Assembly: GCF_006345805.1 (NCBI RefSeq)
Contig: NW_021831854.1
Coordinates: 1 to 64,000, forward strand
Direction of reading: 5' to 3'
Source of the DNA: Octopus sinensis
Taxonomy: Eukaryota
DNA length: 64,000 bases
Shown: positions 39,901 to 53,971 of the stretch, one piece after another
Layout of the letters: every line of letters begins with the position of its first letter
How positions within the stretch are numbered: the first letter of the stretch is position 1
Notes under the pieces: model-generated
Told to the model about the DNA's origin: nothing
What the model saw: only the letters and a program-made list of their open reading frames with translations
Databases searched by the model: none
Made by a program: the position numbers and the translations under genes

Positions 39901-40902
39901 TTTCAGTGGCTAGTTCAGTGACGGCTAGGTTATGTTGTTTATAATTGGTGTTGTTATTGCGTTTATTTTTATTCTTGGGAGGTATGGTCGGTGGTCCATT
40001 TTGAGCTCTGTGGTTTTTAGTTCTTTGATTATTTTATTTTTTATATTATCATAATCATTAGGCTCCCCTTCGTTGTTTACATCGTGTTTGTTGGGAATGT
40101 TGCGTTTGTCTTCGTTTTTACAGTTTCAGTGTTTATATTATTGGGCATTGTTGTGTGGCTTCTCTCTACATTTTCCTGGTGTATGTTTTCTTTTAGGTGT
40201 TCTATTTCTATTTCTGATATTTTTTTGTGTTGAGAATGTATCTTCGTACGTAGCTAATTTTTTAGGGTTCATTGCTGTATCCAAGTCTATATCTCTGTTT
40301 TTCCTTCCATATTTTATATGTATGTGTTGTTGTATTTTCATTTTGTGGGTAGAGCATTGCTGTGAAGTATGCGTGTAAGATAGAAATGTATTCCTCACGT
40401 GTCCATTTACGTCTTTTGGGTTTTAATTGCGGGACATGAGGTACAACGTCCGCCGGCATTATTTTCACGGTCGTCATTTTCGTAGGGTACCGGTTCGTTA
40501 ATTTCTGTTGTCACATTATTCGCACGTGTAGTTTTTCGTACATTTTTTGTTGTAGGTTTAATGTACGTACCGCTCGATTGTTATTCTTGGGTTGAATAGT
40601 ATCGGTGGCATTTAATTTCTTCGTAGTTCTTTGTACATGTGTTTGAGGTCGGGGATGATCGTGTTGTTCCACGTATGTTTACATGTGTTGTGTTAGAGGT
40701 GGAGATAATATCGAGTCAAAATACATCATTTCGTTTCGAAAATAGTAATAAATTTCAATTAGTATTACTTACTCGGATATAGTCCAATTCTTTGTTAGTA
40801 AATCTTTGGCTCCATAGGGTGTCCTTGTTTTCGATGTTTGTGGATAGATTTCGGAGCTCTGTATTTTCCTTCTTTCATCTTAAACGTCCCCGGTGTCTCT
40901 CC
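36971..40902 (-). mobile_element. Near-full-length degenerate Dong/R4-clade non-LTR retrotransposon (RT + CCHC + restriction-like endonuclease), about 3.9 kb, flanked by (TAA)n on both sides
   Basis: RRKWTREEY N-terminus; WKAPGHDKIPNFWLK; NYRPITCLPT; HLLYMDDLKLY at about 38590-38615; KFGLEKCA; CRICGDGQETINHI..C; PIIVGALG C-terminus; many frameshifts. Confidence 0.9.
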
Positions 40903-40968
<66 letters not shown>

Positions 40969-40969
<1 letters not shown>

Positions 40970-41240
40970 TCAGCAGTTTTATTTTTATAGCGTGCTTTCA
41001 CTTCACTACTGAGCGCAGCTCTGTGTGCCTTGGGTATGTACTGTGATTTGTTGTGATGCTCTGATGGTTACTATATGGAAAGTGTTCTGCGTAGAACGTG
41101 TGCAGTACCTAGCAGTGCAATTTTCAGTATGTTATATGTGTTTGTAGGTCCTGGTGTTTTTGTTATGTATTTGTCTGAATATTTTTTTATCATGCCTAAT
41201 GCACCTACTATGATAGGAATTGTTTTTGTTTTTAGATTCC
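40969..41240 (-). mobile_element. Dong/R4 3' fragment in (TAA)n
   Basis: [30 protein letters not shown]...RRTLSI* plus 3' UTR. Confidence 0.9.
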
Positions 41241-41302
<62 letters not shown>

Positions 41303-41314
41303 TTATCATTATTA

Positions 41315-41346
<32 letters not shown>

Positions 41347-41402
41347 TATTATTATTATTATTGTTATTATTGTTATTATTTTTATTATTATTATTATTAT
41401 TA

Positions 41403-41437
<35 letters not shown>

Positions 41438-41438
<1 letters not shown>

Positions 41439-41872
41439 TATGTTTGACTTTATATTTGTACAAGTTGGCTCCAAGTCTTACCCAGAGACCTCAAGAGACA
41501 ACAAGTTAGAAGTTCATGTTGGTGTTATGCCTAGGATGTCATATATTTCGTTTTGTACGTAGTATTATTCTAGAGAATACTTAAGAAAACTAAAGAATTT
41601 AAAAAAAACAAGAAAATTATGAGTTTGTTTCAAAATTTGAGGTACATAGAAAGTATTTTACGTAGGATATGGGCAGTTCCCATGAGCACTATCTTTTGAA
41701 ATTTTGCCATTTTGGGGTTTCCTGGTTTCTGAGCTAAGTAGCTATCAGCCCTTTTTGCTATCATTCCCAGGGTACCTATGACAACAGGTATTGTTTTAGT
41801 TTTCAGGTTCCACATTTAGTCAATTTCTATTTCAAGATCTTTATACTTGCTCAGTTTTTGGTAGGTCTTGAC
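41438..41872 (-). mobile_element. Dong/R4 3' fragment of a second, diverged subfamily
   Basis: [11 protein letters not shown]...MWNLKTKTIPVVIGTLGMI...MGTAHILRKILS; flanked by (TAA)-type repeats. Confidence 0.8.
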
Positions 41873-41926
41873 AGATACATTTTATTCATCATCATCATTA
41901 TCATCATCATCATTAATGATCATTAC

Positions 41927-41961
<35 letters not shown>

Positions 41962-42759
41962 GTATTAGTATTAGTATTATCATTATTATTGTTATTGCTA
42001 TTGGTTTTGTTATTATTATTATTATCATTATTATTATTATTATTATTATCATTATTATTATTATTGTTATTGTTATTATCATCATTATTATTATTATTAT
42101 TATTATTGTTATTGTTATTGCTATTGTTTTTGTTATTATTATTATTATTATTATTCGGCCGATAACTGATGAGATATTTAAAGATTAGCTAACTTTTGTT
42201 CAGATAAAAGAAGAAATCAAAAGAACGCGATACTGGTCTGTGCAAACATGTCACGTTGGCACACCTTCGCAAATTCCATTTATCACTTTATCAGGTAAAC
42301 AATCGGAAAAAAATTATTGGTGTGTGGATAGCGTATCAGAAAACGAATCGAGAGGTAGGCGGTTCGGAACTTGTGCCCTTCTCAGGTGTATTTATGTTAA
42401 TATTTTAAAATGAGCCAAGACGGAGGAAATTGTGGTTATTGTGAGATCGTGGTTTCGATTCTCGAGCAGAGCGGGCGATGCGATGTTCTCTTGAGCAAAG
42501 CTCTTCGTCTCACGCTGTTCTACTGTCACTTCGACACCTCAAATGTGGTACACAGTTTACCTGTAGAGCCAACGTTGATTTGTTAGAAGGAGCGAAACAT
42601 TGCGCAGTAGATACGTATGATAATTTGTGCAAATTGTTCAACCTGAAATGGTAGCAGCCTCTTCTGTCTTTTACGATGGGAAATCCCGACATTTTATAAT
42701 GGGGCGGTCCAACTGGCTGTTAATAGGAATAACTTCTACTACATTTGGGGATGGGTTCT

Positions 42760-42950
42760 ACATGTGGTGGTGGTCGTCGTCGTCGTAATTGTGGTAGTGA
42801 TGGTGACGGTGGCGTTGATGGTGATGGTGGTATTGGTGATGGTAATTTTAGTGGCGAAGCTGGTGATGCTGGTCGTGGAGGTGTTGATGATAATGATGGT
42901 TTTGATGGTGGTGGTGGTGGTGGTGGTGGTGGTGGTGGTGGTGGTGGTGA
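42760..42950. repeat. (GGT)n/(GAT)n trinucleotide tract
   Basis: Direct inspection. Confidence 0.9.
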
Positions 42951-43175
42951 GTGCTGAGGAATGATTTTTAACACCTGCTATAAAAGAAAATCCTACACAA
43001 CACAAGGAAATTAAACAGTAGTTTCCAACATGGTCACCTTTCGCAAGATGAGTTGTATTGATAATGATGAAACGATTGTAAACAATGTAATAAAAGGTTT
43101 TGCTAACTATGATCTTCGATATTTGTTATACATACATACATAAATACATGCGTACATACATACTCACACACACAT

Positions 43176-43223
<48 letters not shown>

Positions 43224-43274
43224 CGTACATATCTATATATGTGTATGTATATTATATATGCAACATACATATAC

Positions 43275-43331
<57 letters not shown>

Positions 43332-43416
43332 AAGAAATGTATGCATGCGTGTACACATGTATAAATACAAATAAACATGTGAAGATATATGTACTTGTTG
43401 TATACACGTAATAATA

Positions 43417-43473
<57 letters not shown>

Positions 43474-43495
43474 TAATAATAATAATAATAACAAC

Positions 43496-43527
<32 letters not shown>

Positions 43528-43533
43528 GAATAA

Positions 43534-43565
<32 letters not shown>

Positions 43566-43567
<2 letters not shown>

Positions 43568-43745
43568 CAGAAATTACCAGGCTAACGTTCTCCGAAACGG
43601 TACTGACCCTAAATGCAGATTCTGCGACACATTTGACGAAACGATAGACCATCTCGTTTCGGGATGTCCTGTGCTGACACCAAACGAATACAAAAATCGC
43701 CACGATAGGGTAGGACAGTATATACATTGGAAGATATGTAATACA
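43566..43745 (+). mobile_element. Dong/R4 zinc-knuckle fragment (second subfamily)
   Basis: RNYQANVLRNGTDPKCRFCDTFDETIDHLVSGCPVLTPNEYKNRHDRVGQYIHWKIC, preceded by (AAT)n. Confidence 0.85.
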
Positions 43746-43997
43746 TACATACATATATATTATATATAATATATACATATATTATAATATATATAATATA
43801 TATTATATATATATGATTGATTGATTCTAGTTTCAGCTTATGAGCTGTGGCCATGCTGGGGCATATATATACATATATATATACATACATACATATATAT
43901 ATATATTATTTATTATATATTTATATTATTTATTGTATTATCTATTACATTTATTTATAATATATATATTTTTTATTTATATATGCATGTATATATA

Positions 43998-44028
<31 letters not shown>

Positions 44029-44340
44029 CTGTCTGTGTGTCTGTGTTATGTAGTCGAGTAGTACGTCTTTGGTTATGGCAGTTAGAAAGTTTCGCGTCTG
44101 TTATTCCATTTGGCAATATAGCCGGCTCGTCAACGGTGCTGACCTGAGGCACATAACGGGGCTCTACTAACGGAGGGGGGAAAATAAAAAGTCTTGGACA
44201 GTTTGGCAGTGATAAAAAAATTATAAGAACCTAAAACAAGTACGGAAACCTGACGAGAAAACTTTGAAACGAAATTACCTATTCTGACACAGTTAAATCC
44301 CTTCCCGCAAGTGGGGATAATCGCTCCGCAGAAAGTTTTA

Positions 44341-44730
44341 CCGTAAATCCTCGAGTATAATCTGCCCTTGAGTATAATACGCAGGGTTTTTTTAGGGTGC
44401 TGTACTTCTGAAAAACTTAAACCTTGTGTATAATACGCACCCCTTCTCTAACTTGAGTCAAGGAGGTCTATATACCGTCCTTGGTTTGTAAAAGTGTATA
44501 CGGTAACGTCCTTTATTATTATTGTATATCTAACATAATGCAAACGTGTAGCTTTTTTGTGCATTTTGTTTGCAGAAAATAAAGAAATAACAGTAATAAC
44601 GTTTAATAAATGTTGCTTACGGCAAGTTATGGATGATCCTTTTATGACTTCATTGCTTTCAGGCTTAGCTTAAGGTATTTTCATGCCCTTAGATATAATA
44701 CGCAGAGGATTTTTAGGGTGCTGTACTTCT
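44341..44730. mobile_element. Probable Tc1/mariner-pogo-type non-autonomous DNA transposon end, truncated by the GATA array
   Basis: TA|ccgtaaatcctcgagtataa resembles pogo/Tigger-type TIR starts; internal direct repeat tataatacgcag...tttagggtgctgtacttctga at about 44375 and 44696; second TIR not found. Confidence 0.5.
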
Positions 44731-45220
<490 letters not shown>

Positions 45221-45221
45221 A

Positions 45222-47941
45222 ACTTTCTTTTATTAGCCACACAGGGCTGAATACAGAGGGGACAAATACAAATGCAGAGCTTTTCTTTTCGAGGGTGGAA
45301 AAAAAAAAAAAAATGTAAGATTGCGATCAAAAGGGATCGAGAGGAGGAAAAAAAAGAAAAAAAAAAGGAAATCGTGTATCACAGAAATAATGGTGTAAAC
45401 ATTGATATAACAAGATTGGGTTCATCCGTGGGAAGAAAAGCCTACAGAAAAGACCACGGGAACCCCAGTCAGGGAGGAAATAACCACATGAGATCGAAAA
45501 TGCTCTCTTTCTTTCTTTTTTACGATCTACTGGATCATGCTCAAAATGGTTTCGTTACTAGCACGCACCATCTTTGCAACATTCACCCATCTTTTTTTGA
45601 ATCTTTCGCGAGACAAAACTTCCCTCTCCATTCTCACCTTCCTTTTCAAGTGGTACTTGAAAAAGTTGATGAGCGATTGGCCAGAGAGGTAAGTGTTTGT
45701 CTCTAATCCTTTCGCTCGAGTCCACCACACACATTCTTTCACCATGGCCACCAGTACGATGAAAACTGCCTTGCCTTCCCGGTTGAGGGAAGGGGGCGGA
45801 GCAATTCTAACGATAGACTCGGCCGATAGGCGGATTCGTCCCACACGTGACAGCAGCCGTTCGGCATAAGCCCACAGGTCGGAAATGGTTGGACATTGCA
45901 CGAGTGCGTGCAGAACGGTTTCGTCGCTCTGAGCGCATCTCGGGCAAGTCGGTCCAGTGTGTCTGGAACCGTGTCTGTAGAGCTTATCCCGAACAGGTAA
46001 TGCTTCTCGATAGCACTGCCAGGCCAGGGATCTTTGGTGATTGTTCATAGGTCCGGCCCGAAAGTTGTCCTGAACAGGCGGGTCAGGTGTTCCTCGTCGA
46101 CGCCCAGACTCTGCCCGAGTTCGTCGTCGCACCTCCCCTCCACTAATCCTCTATAGAATGCCTTTGTTGTGATGGAGTCGCACAAGTTCGATCCCGGACG
46201 GCAGAGTTGCTTGAGAGCAACGCGACACTCGCGGTACCATTCGCCTAGCCTCGGTCTCTGCTTGATCCATAACTGTAGTTCGTCCAAGGAGACGAGCTGC
46301 GGGAAAGCGCGCCGCACAAAAGTATGCGTTCCAGTTTGGTGATGGTAGGGTCGGGACAAGGCACGACGGTCAGACGATACTCGATGACGGATGCGATGTA
46401 CGCGTTCGCCACCTCCGCCCGACCTTTTAGGGATAGCTTTCTCTCAGTCCATTTCTGGGTGAGAGTAGCCACCCTAGTCGTTATCTTGCCCCAGTTCTTC
46501 TCCATTTGGAGGTCCGGACCGAACCAGACCCCGAGCAATTTAACCGGTCCGTCCGTCCAGCGTCCCACGATGGAGACGCTGTTGGACGGCATGGGCTTGC
46601 TTCTCCAGGTGCCGAGCCGCAAGCCCACTGACTTTTCCCGGTTAATTTTTGCTCCCGTTACCGCTTCGTATTCTTTCAGTGTCTCGCCGACCAGCTCGAT
46701 GTGCTCGTAGCTCGACACTATGACGGTGACGTCATCCGCGTATGCAGACACGCTCCTCCCGCATCCCAGCTCTCGTGGGATGCCCCTCAGCGTCGCCAGT
46801 TTCCGCAGTAGTGGCTCAAGAGTCAGTACATACAGCAGCGATGTACGAACCGAACGCATGATGTTAAAAGGTCTGGATAGATGACCATTTACGCGAACTA
46901 CTGAGCGGATGCCGCTGTATAAGGCAGCGATCCAACCGCGGAAAACTGGACCGAAACCAGCCGCTTTGAGGACAGCCTCCAAGTAGTGATGGTCTACCCT
47001 ATCGAAGGCTTTTGATTGATCCAAATTGATCAGCGCTCCACCCATGCCAGGATTTTTAACTACCCTGTCTATGATGTAGCGCATCAGATGGAGGTTGTCA
47101 TGAATACTTCTACCCGGCACGGCGCATGTTTGCGCCTTGTCGATTAGTTTCTTGATGACAAGCACCAACCTCTCGGCTAACACCTTGGCCAAAATTTTCA
47201 AATCTGCGTTGAGCAGAGTGATGGGCCTGAAATTATCTATGACGTCCCCCTTGTTTGGGTCTTTCTTGATCAGTGCCACTGCTCCTCGCTTTACAAAAGC
47301 AGGAATACTCCCGTTCTGCTGCCAGTTGCAGTAGACAGCTGCCAAGACGCCTCCAAACAAGTCTGGCATATGAAAATAAAATTCGTAGGGCAGACCATCC
47401 AAGCCTGGTGACTTGTCTCTCGCGCAGCCTACCATCGCATCCTGTACGTCCGCAGCTGTGATAGGCTTTTCACAAGACTCCACCTCCCTTGCTGGGAGTC
47501 GTGGCAAGGCATGCAGGTAGGTACTAAAGTCCACTCTGCTTTCTGACTCACCACTTGTCCCAAACAGTTGGGTGAAGTGTTGTTGAAAAACCCCACACAT
47601 CCTTTTAGGCTCGAGCAATTCGCGCCCCTGTTCATCTATAAGAGACTTGATGGTGGCTCTGTTGCCTCGTTGCGTCTCTACCACTCGGGCCTCTTGGGCG
47701 GCTCCAACTCCTTCGTTCCTCAGAGCACGCATCCTAGCTCTGACAACGCATCCCTCGTGTTTGGCGTTGAGGTGTTGGTCGAGGGCCAATCTCGCCGCCA
47801 GCACGTTGGACGCGATGCCAGTTCTAAGTGCCTCTTCTAAAACCTTAACTAATTCTCCCTCTATTCTATTTCGGTCTAATGCTAGGGCTCTACTGTATCT
47901 GACTGATTCTGCTTTAATCGCTTTTTTTAGGGCATACCACC
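45222..47941 (-). mobile_element. 5'-truncated Tx1/L1-clade LINE (RT + zf-RVT), GC-rich, defective
   Basis: [74 protein letters not shown]. The QGCPLSP motif is shortened to RTS and there is a frameshift near 46320. Confidence 0.92.
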
Positions 47942-48627
<686 letters not shown>

Positions 48628-48817
48628 GATAAGATAGTTGCATGAATGTATTTATGACTCTGTATGTCAAGGTGTATAGTCAGTCTTCTCGTCTCACTTT
48701 TCAAGTGTTCTACTCATAAAGATCCGGTTTTTAGCTTTGGAGGAAATTCTGTATTCGTTGGGTGTGTTTGGGCAATCATGAATGCCGTAAGATGTAGGCG
48801 TCTTTGCTTTAGTTAGT

Positions 48818-50243
48818 ATGCGTGTGTGCGCGTACCTGTGCGTACCTGTGTGTGCATGTGTGTACCTGTGTGTGCATATGTGTGTGTGTGTGCATGTGTG
48901 TGTGTGTGTGCATGTGTGTGTGTGTGCATGTATGTGTGTGCATGTGTGTGTGTACATGTGTGTGTGTGTGCATGTGTGTGTGTGCATGTGTGTGTGTGTG
49001 TGCATGTGTGTGTGTGCGCTTGTGTGTGTGTGTGCATGTGTGTGTGTGCATGTGTGTGTGTGCATGTGTGTGTGTGCATATGTGTGTGTGCATGTGTGTG
49101 TGCGCGCTTGTGTGTGTGTGTGCATGTGTGTGTGTGTGCATGTGTGTGTGCATGTGGTGTGTGCATTGTGTGTGTGTGCATGTTGTGTGTGCATGTGTGT
49201 GTGTGCATGTGTGTGTGTGCATGTGTGTGTGTGCATGTGTGTGTGTGCATGTGTGTGTGTGCGCTTGTGTGTGTGTGTGCATGTGTGTGTGCATGTGTGT
49301 GTGCATGTGTGTGTGTGCATGTGTATGTGTGCATGTGTGTGCATGTGTGTGTGTGCATGTGTGTGTGCATGTGTGTGTGTGTGTATGTGTGTGTGTGCAT
49401 GTGTGTGTGTGTGCAGGTGTGTGTGTGTGCATGTGTGTGTGTGCATGTGTGTGCATGTGTGTGTGTGCATGTGTGTGTGCATGTGTGTGTGTGCATGTGT
49501 GTGTGTGGTCCATGTGTGTGTGTGTGTGCATGTTGTGTGTGTGTGTATGTGTGTGTGCATGTGCGTGTGCATGTGTGTGTGTGCATGTGTGTGTGCATTG
49601 TGTGTGTGCATGTGTGTGTGCATGTGTGTGTGCATGTGTGTGTGCATGTGTGTGTGCATGTGTGTGCATGTGTGTGCATGTATGTGTGCAATGTGGTGTG
49701 GATGTGTGGTGTGTGCATGTGTGTGTGCATGTGTGTGTGGTGTGGTGCATGTGTGTGCATGTGTGTGTGTGCATGTGTGTGTGTGTGCATGTGTGTGTGT
49801 GCATGTGTGTGTGTGTGCATGTGTGTGTGTGTGCATGTGTGTGCAGTGTGTGTGTGCATGTGGGTGGCATGTGTGGTGTGTGTGCATGTGTGTGTGCATG
49901 TCTGTGTGCATGTGTGTGTGTGCATGTGTGTGTGTGCATGTGTGTGTGTGCATGTGTGTGTGTTTGCATGTGTGGTGTGCATGTTTGTGGTGTTGTGTTG
50001 TGTGTGTGCATGTGTGTGTGTGTTGTGCATGTGTGTGTGTGCATGTGTGTGTGCATGTCTGTGTGCATGTGTGTGTGTTCATGTGTGTGTGTGCATGTGT
50101 GTGTGCATGTCTGTGTGCATGTGTGTGTGTGCATGTGTGTGTGTGCATGTGTGTGTGTGCATGTGTGTGTGTTTGCATGTGTGTGTGTGCATGTGTGTGT
50201 GTGCATGTGTGTGTGCATATGTGTTCATGCGTGTGTATGTGTG
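48818..50243. repeat. 1.4-kb (TG)n-GCAT compound repeat
   Basis: Units gcat(gt)2-6; source of the HT/CV ORFs. Confidence 0.97.
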
Positions 50244-50249
50244 CGCTGT

Positions 50250-50585
50250 TGCTCTTTGTTGGTTTGTTTGTTGAGCGAACGTGGTCCTTTGCTATTCATA
50301 AGAACCGCAGAAGAGAAAGCAGGTCAACCCCGCGACACCGAGAGCATCGACGGATGTATGAATGCACCTCCAGGCCTAGCGATTGCGTAGGAAGTCGGGG
50401 CACAAGAAACAGAAAGAAAGAGTGAGAGAAAGTTGGAGCGAAAGAGTACAACAGGGATCGCCACCACCCCCTGCCGGAGACTCGTGGAGCTTTAGGTGTT
50501 TTCGATCAATAAACACACATAATGCCCGGTCTGGGAATCGAAACCGCGAGTCCGCTGCCCTATCCACTGGGCCATTGCACCTCCA
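50250..50585 (-). mobile_element. tRNA-derived SINE, head A, tail type 3
   Basis: Same head as 8594/17635 (with a small internal deletion) but an unrelated tail ending ...cgctcaacaaacaaaccaacaaag. Confidence 0.8.
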
Positions 50586-50626
50586 CTCTGTTGCAGTGGA
50601 CACTAGCGGTTGTTAATATTTTCATA

Positions 50627-51009
50627 GGAGGCGCAATGGCCCAGTGGTTATGGCAGCGGACTCGCGGTCATAGGATCGCGGTTTCGATTCCCAGACCGGG
50701 CGTTGTGAGTGTTTATTGAGCGAAAACACCTAAAAGCTCCACGAGGCTCCGGCAGGGGATGGTGGTGATCCCTGCTGTACTCTTTCACCACAACTTTCTC
50801 TCACTCTTACTTCCTGTTTCTGTTGTACCTGTATTTCAAAGGGTCAGCCTTGTCACTCTCTGTGTCACGCTGAATATCCCCGAGAACTACGTTAAGGGTA
50901 CACGTGTCTGTGGAGTGCTCAGCCACTTACACGTTAATTTCACGAGCAGACTGTTCTGTTGATCGGATCAACCGGAACCCTCATCGTCGTAACCGATGGA
51001 GTGCTTCCA
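50627..51009 (+). mobile_element. tRNA-derived SINE, head A, tail type 2
   Basis: Matches 17635-18017. Confidence 0.9.
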
Positions 51010-51053
51010 TATATATGTATATATATATATATTTTTTCTTTTTTTTTTTTTTC

Positions 51054-51443
51054 CTTGTTTCAGTCATTTGACTGTGGCCATGCTGGAGCACCGCCTTTAA
51101 TCGAGCAACTCGACCCCGGGACTTATTCTTTTGTAAGCCCAGTACTTATTCTATCGGTCTCTTTTGCCGAACCACTAAGTGACGGGGACGTAAACACACC
51201 AGCATCGGTTGTCAAGCAATGCTAGGGGGACAAACACACACACACACACAAACATATACACACATATATATACATATATACGACGGGCTTCTTTCAGTTT
51301 CCGTCTACCAAATCCACTCACAAGGCTTTGGTTGGCCCGGGGCTATAGCAGAAGACACTTGCCCAAGATGCCACGCAGTGGGACTGAACCTGGAACCATG
51401 TGGTTGGTTAGCAAGCTACTTACCACACAGCCACTCCTGCGCC
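51054..51443 (-). mobile_element. SINE family B, full length
   Basis: Matches the other B copies. Confidence 0.9.
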
Positions 51444-51509
51444 TATATATATATATAAATGAAAAAAAACCCACCTTTTATCAATTCAATAATGAAAAAT
51501 TAAATTATA

Positions 51510-51731
51510 CGCGTACGCTTCACGTAGTTCTCATGGTGATTCAGCATTACACAGAATGTGACAAAGGTTGGCCCCTTTTAATTACAGGTACTACTCATTT
51601 TTGCCAGCTGAGTGGACTGAAGCAACGTGAAATAAAGTGTCTTGCTCAAGGACACAACGCGCCGCCGGGAATAGAACACGGGATCTTACCATTTTGAGAC
51701 GAATACCATAACTACTGAGCCACGCACCTTC
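51510..51731 (-). mobile_element. tRNA-derived SINE, head D, with a type-2-like tail
   Basis: Head gtgcgtggctcagtagtt...gtgtccttgagcaagacactttatttcacgttgc, then tacctgta...ttgtcaca.tctgtgt.a.gctgaat...gagaactacgt as in tail type 2. Confidence 0.75.
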
Positions 51732-51938
51732 ACACACACACACACGCTCATAAATATATGTGTATGTATATACATATATATATATATATTTATATACACG
51801 CACACATGGTATTGTATACGTGTATTCATAACTCTGCATTTATTTATATGGGTGGGTGTGTATGTGTATTGTGTATGTATGTGTGTATGTGTCACGTGGT
51901 TGCGCACGTGAGTGTGTTTGTGTATGTATATTTATATG

Positions 51939-51983
<45 letters not shown>

Positions 51984-52009
51984 TACAATATATATATATA
52001 AATATATAT

Positions 52010-52345
52010 GGCGCGTGGCTCAGTGGTTAGAGCGTCGAGCTTACGATCGTGAGGTTGTGAGCTCGAATCCCGGACCGGGCTGCGAGTTGTGTTCTTGAGC
52101 AAGACACTTTATTTCACGTTGCTCCAGTTCACTCAACTGTAGAAATGAGTTGCGACGTCACAGGTGCCAAGCTGTATCGGCCCTTGCCTTTCCCTTGGAC
52201 AACATCGGTGACGTGGAGAGGGGAGGCCGGTATGCATGGGCGACTGCTGGTCTTCCATAAAACAACCTTGCCTAGACTGGTGCCTTAGAGGGTAACTCTC
52301 TAGGTGCAAACCCATGGTCAGTGTCTGACCGAAGGGTGTCACCAC
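52010..52345 (+). mobile_element. tRNA-derived SINE, head D, with a different tail
   Basis: ggcgcgtggctcagtggttagagcg...ttgagcaagacactttatttcacgttgctccagttcactca. Confidence 0.8.
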
Positions 52346-52479
52346 CAACATATATATATATATGTATATATATATGTATATATGTATATGTATATATGTA
52401 TATATATTATATGTATATTATATATATATAATATATATGTATATATATATATATATATATATTATATATGTATATATAT

Positions 52480-52512
<33 letters not shown>

Positions 52513-52679
52513 TATGAATAAAAAATGGAGTAACGCAGATTCAAACAAGTATTTTTACTTTCTACATATGTTTCAAAAATTCCACTGATACTTATTCAAA
52601 AGAATAAAAGGTATAAACAATGCAATCTTCTCTTCATTCATTTATCCGTGTAAATGGTTAACAAGGTAAAATACACTCA

Positions 52680-52734
<55 letters not shown>

Positions 52735-52735
52735 A

Positions 52736-52786
<51 letters not shown>

Positions 52787-52793
52787 ATATATA

Positions 52794-53194
52794 GGCGCAG
52801 GAGTGGCTGTGTGGTAAGTAGCTTGTTTACCAGCCACATGGTTTCGGGTTCAATCCCACTGCGTGGCACCTTGGGCAAGTGTCTTCTACTATAGCCTCGG
52901 GCCGACCAAAGCCTTGTGAGTGGATTTGGTAGACGGAAACTGAAAGAAGCCTGTCGTATATATGTATATATATATATATATGCGTGTGTGTGTTTGTGTG
53001 TCTGTATTTGTCCCCCTAGCATTGCTTGACAACCGATGCTGGTGTGTTTATGTCCCCGTTACTTAGCGGTTCGGCAAAAATGACCGATAAAATAAGTACT
53101 GGGCTTACAAAAGTATAAGTCCCGGGGTCGAGTAGCTCGATGAAAGGCGGTGCTCCAGCATGGCCGCAGTAAAATGACTGAAACAAGTAAAAAG
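52794..53194 (+). mobile_element. SINE family B, full length
   Basis: Matches the other B copies. Confidence 0.9.
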
Positions 53195-53216
53195 AAAAAA
53201 AAGAAAGAAAGAAAAA

Positions 53217-53250
<34 letters not shown>

Positions 53251-53318
53251 TGATAAAACGGTAAGATAACAAAAGAAAGAAAGAGACCTCAATATTATGT
53301 AAATAGAGGAAATTTATC

Positions 53319-53535
53319 TATACAATATGTTACATTACTCGGTAGTCAAGATAAAACTCTGAGTTTCAGATACCGAAGTGGAAATCCACAACACCATCTC
53401 TTCGGTTATCTGGCTATTTCGGTTATCTGGCTATTTAAATAGCCAGATAACCGAAGAGATGGTTTTGTGGATTTCCACTTCGGCATCTGAAATCAGAGTT
53501 TTATCTTGACTACCGAGTTATGTAACATATTGTAT
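53319..53535. repeat. Palindrome IR1: arms about 100 bp, no spacer, centre ctattt|aaatag at 53436/7
   Basis: Arms read as reverse complements; a 17-nt duplication (cggttatctggctattt) sits in the left arm. Confidence 0.92.
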
Positions 53536-53549
53536 ATATATATATATAT

Positions 53550-53610
<61 letters not shown>

Positions 53611-53640
53611 ATATTATATATACATATATATATATATAAA

Positions 53641-53886
53641 TATGAAAAATCAACGAAAATGCATATTGCAAATAGAAAAAGGCTATTTATGACAGGTGTC
53701 GACAAATATATACACATTTAGATTGACTGAGGTAGTAATACAAGTCATAAAAGGCATTATTATGGATGATTATAAGATATGATTCGTATTACTACCTCAA
53801 TCAATCTAAATGTGTATATATTTGTCGTCACCTGTCATAAATAGACTTTTTCTATTTGCAATATGCATTTTCGTTGATTTTTCATA
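53641..53886. repeat. Inverted repeat IR2: arms about 108 bp, 30-nt loop
   Basis: 53641-53748 versus 53779-53886, few mismatches. Confidence 0.92.
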
Positions 53887-53887
53887 T

Positions 53888-53971
<84 letters not shown>

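Noticed and set aside
42720-43005. Pro-, Gly- or Thr-rich ORFs
   Set aside because: (GGT)n microsatellite with no splice or start context.
48694-50425. 400-535 aa His/Thr- and Cys/Val-rich ORFs
   Set aside because: Open in all six frames because the (TG)/GCAT repeat lacks stop codons; not evidence of a His-rich beak-type protein.
52010-52085. tRNA genes (also 8594, 17635, 50627, 58690)
   Set aside because: tRNA-like heads run into SINE bodies, lack a proper acceptor stem and are multi-copy.
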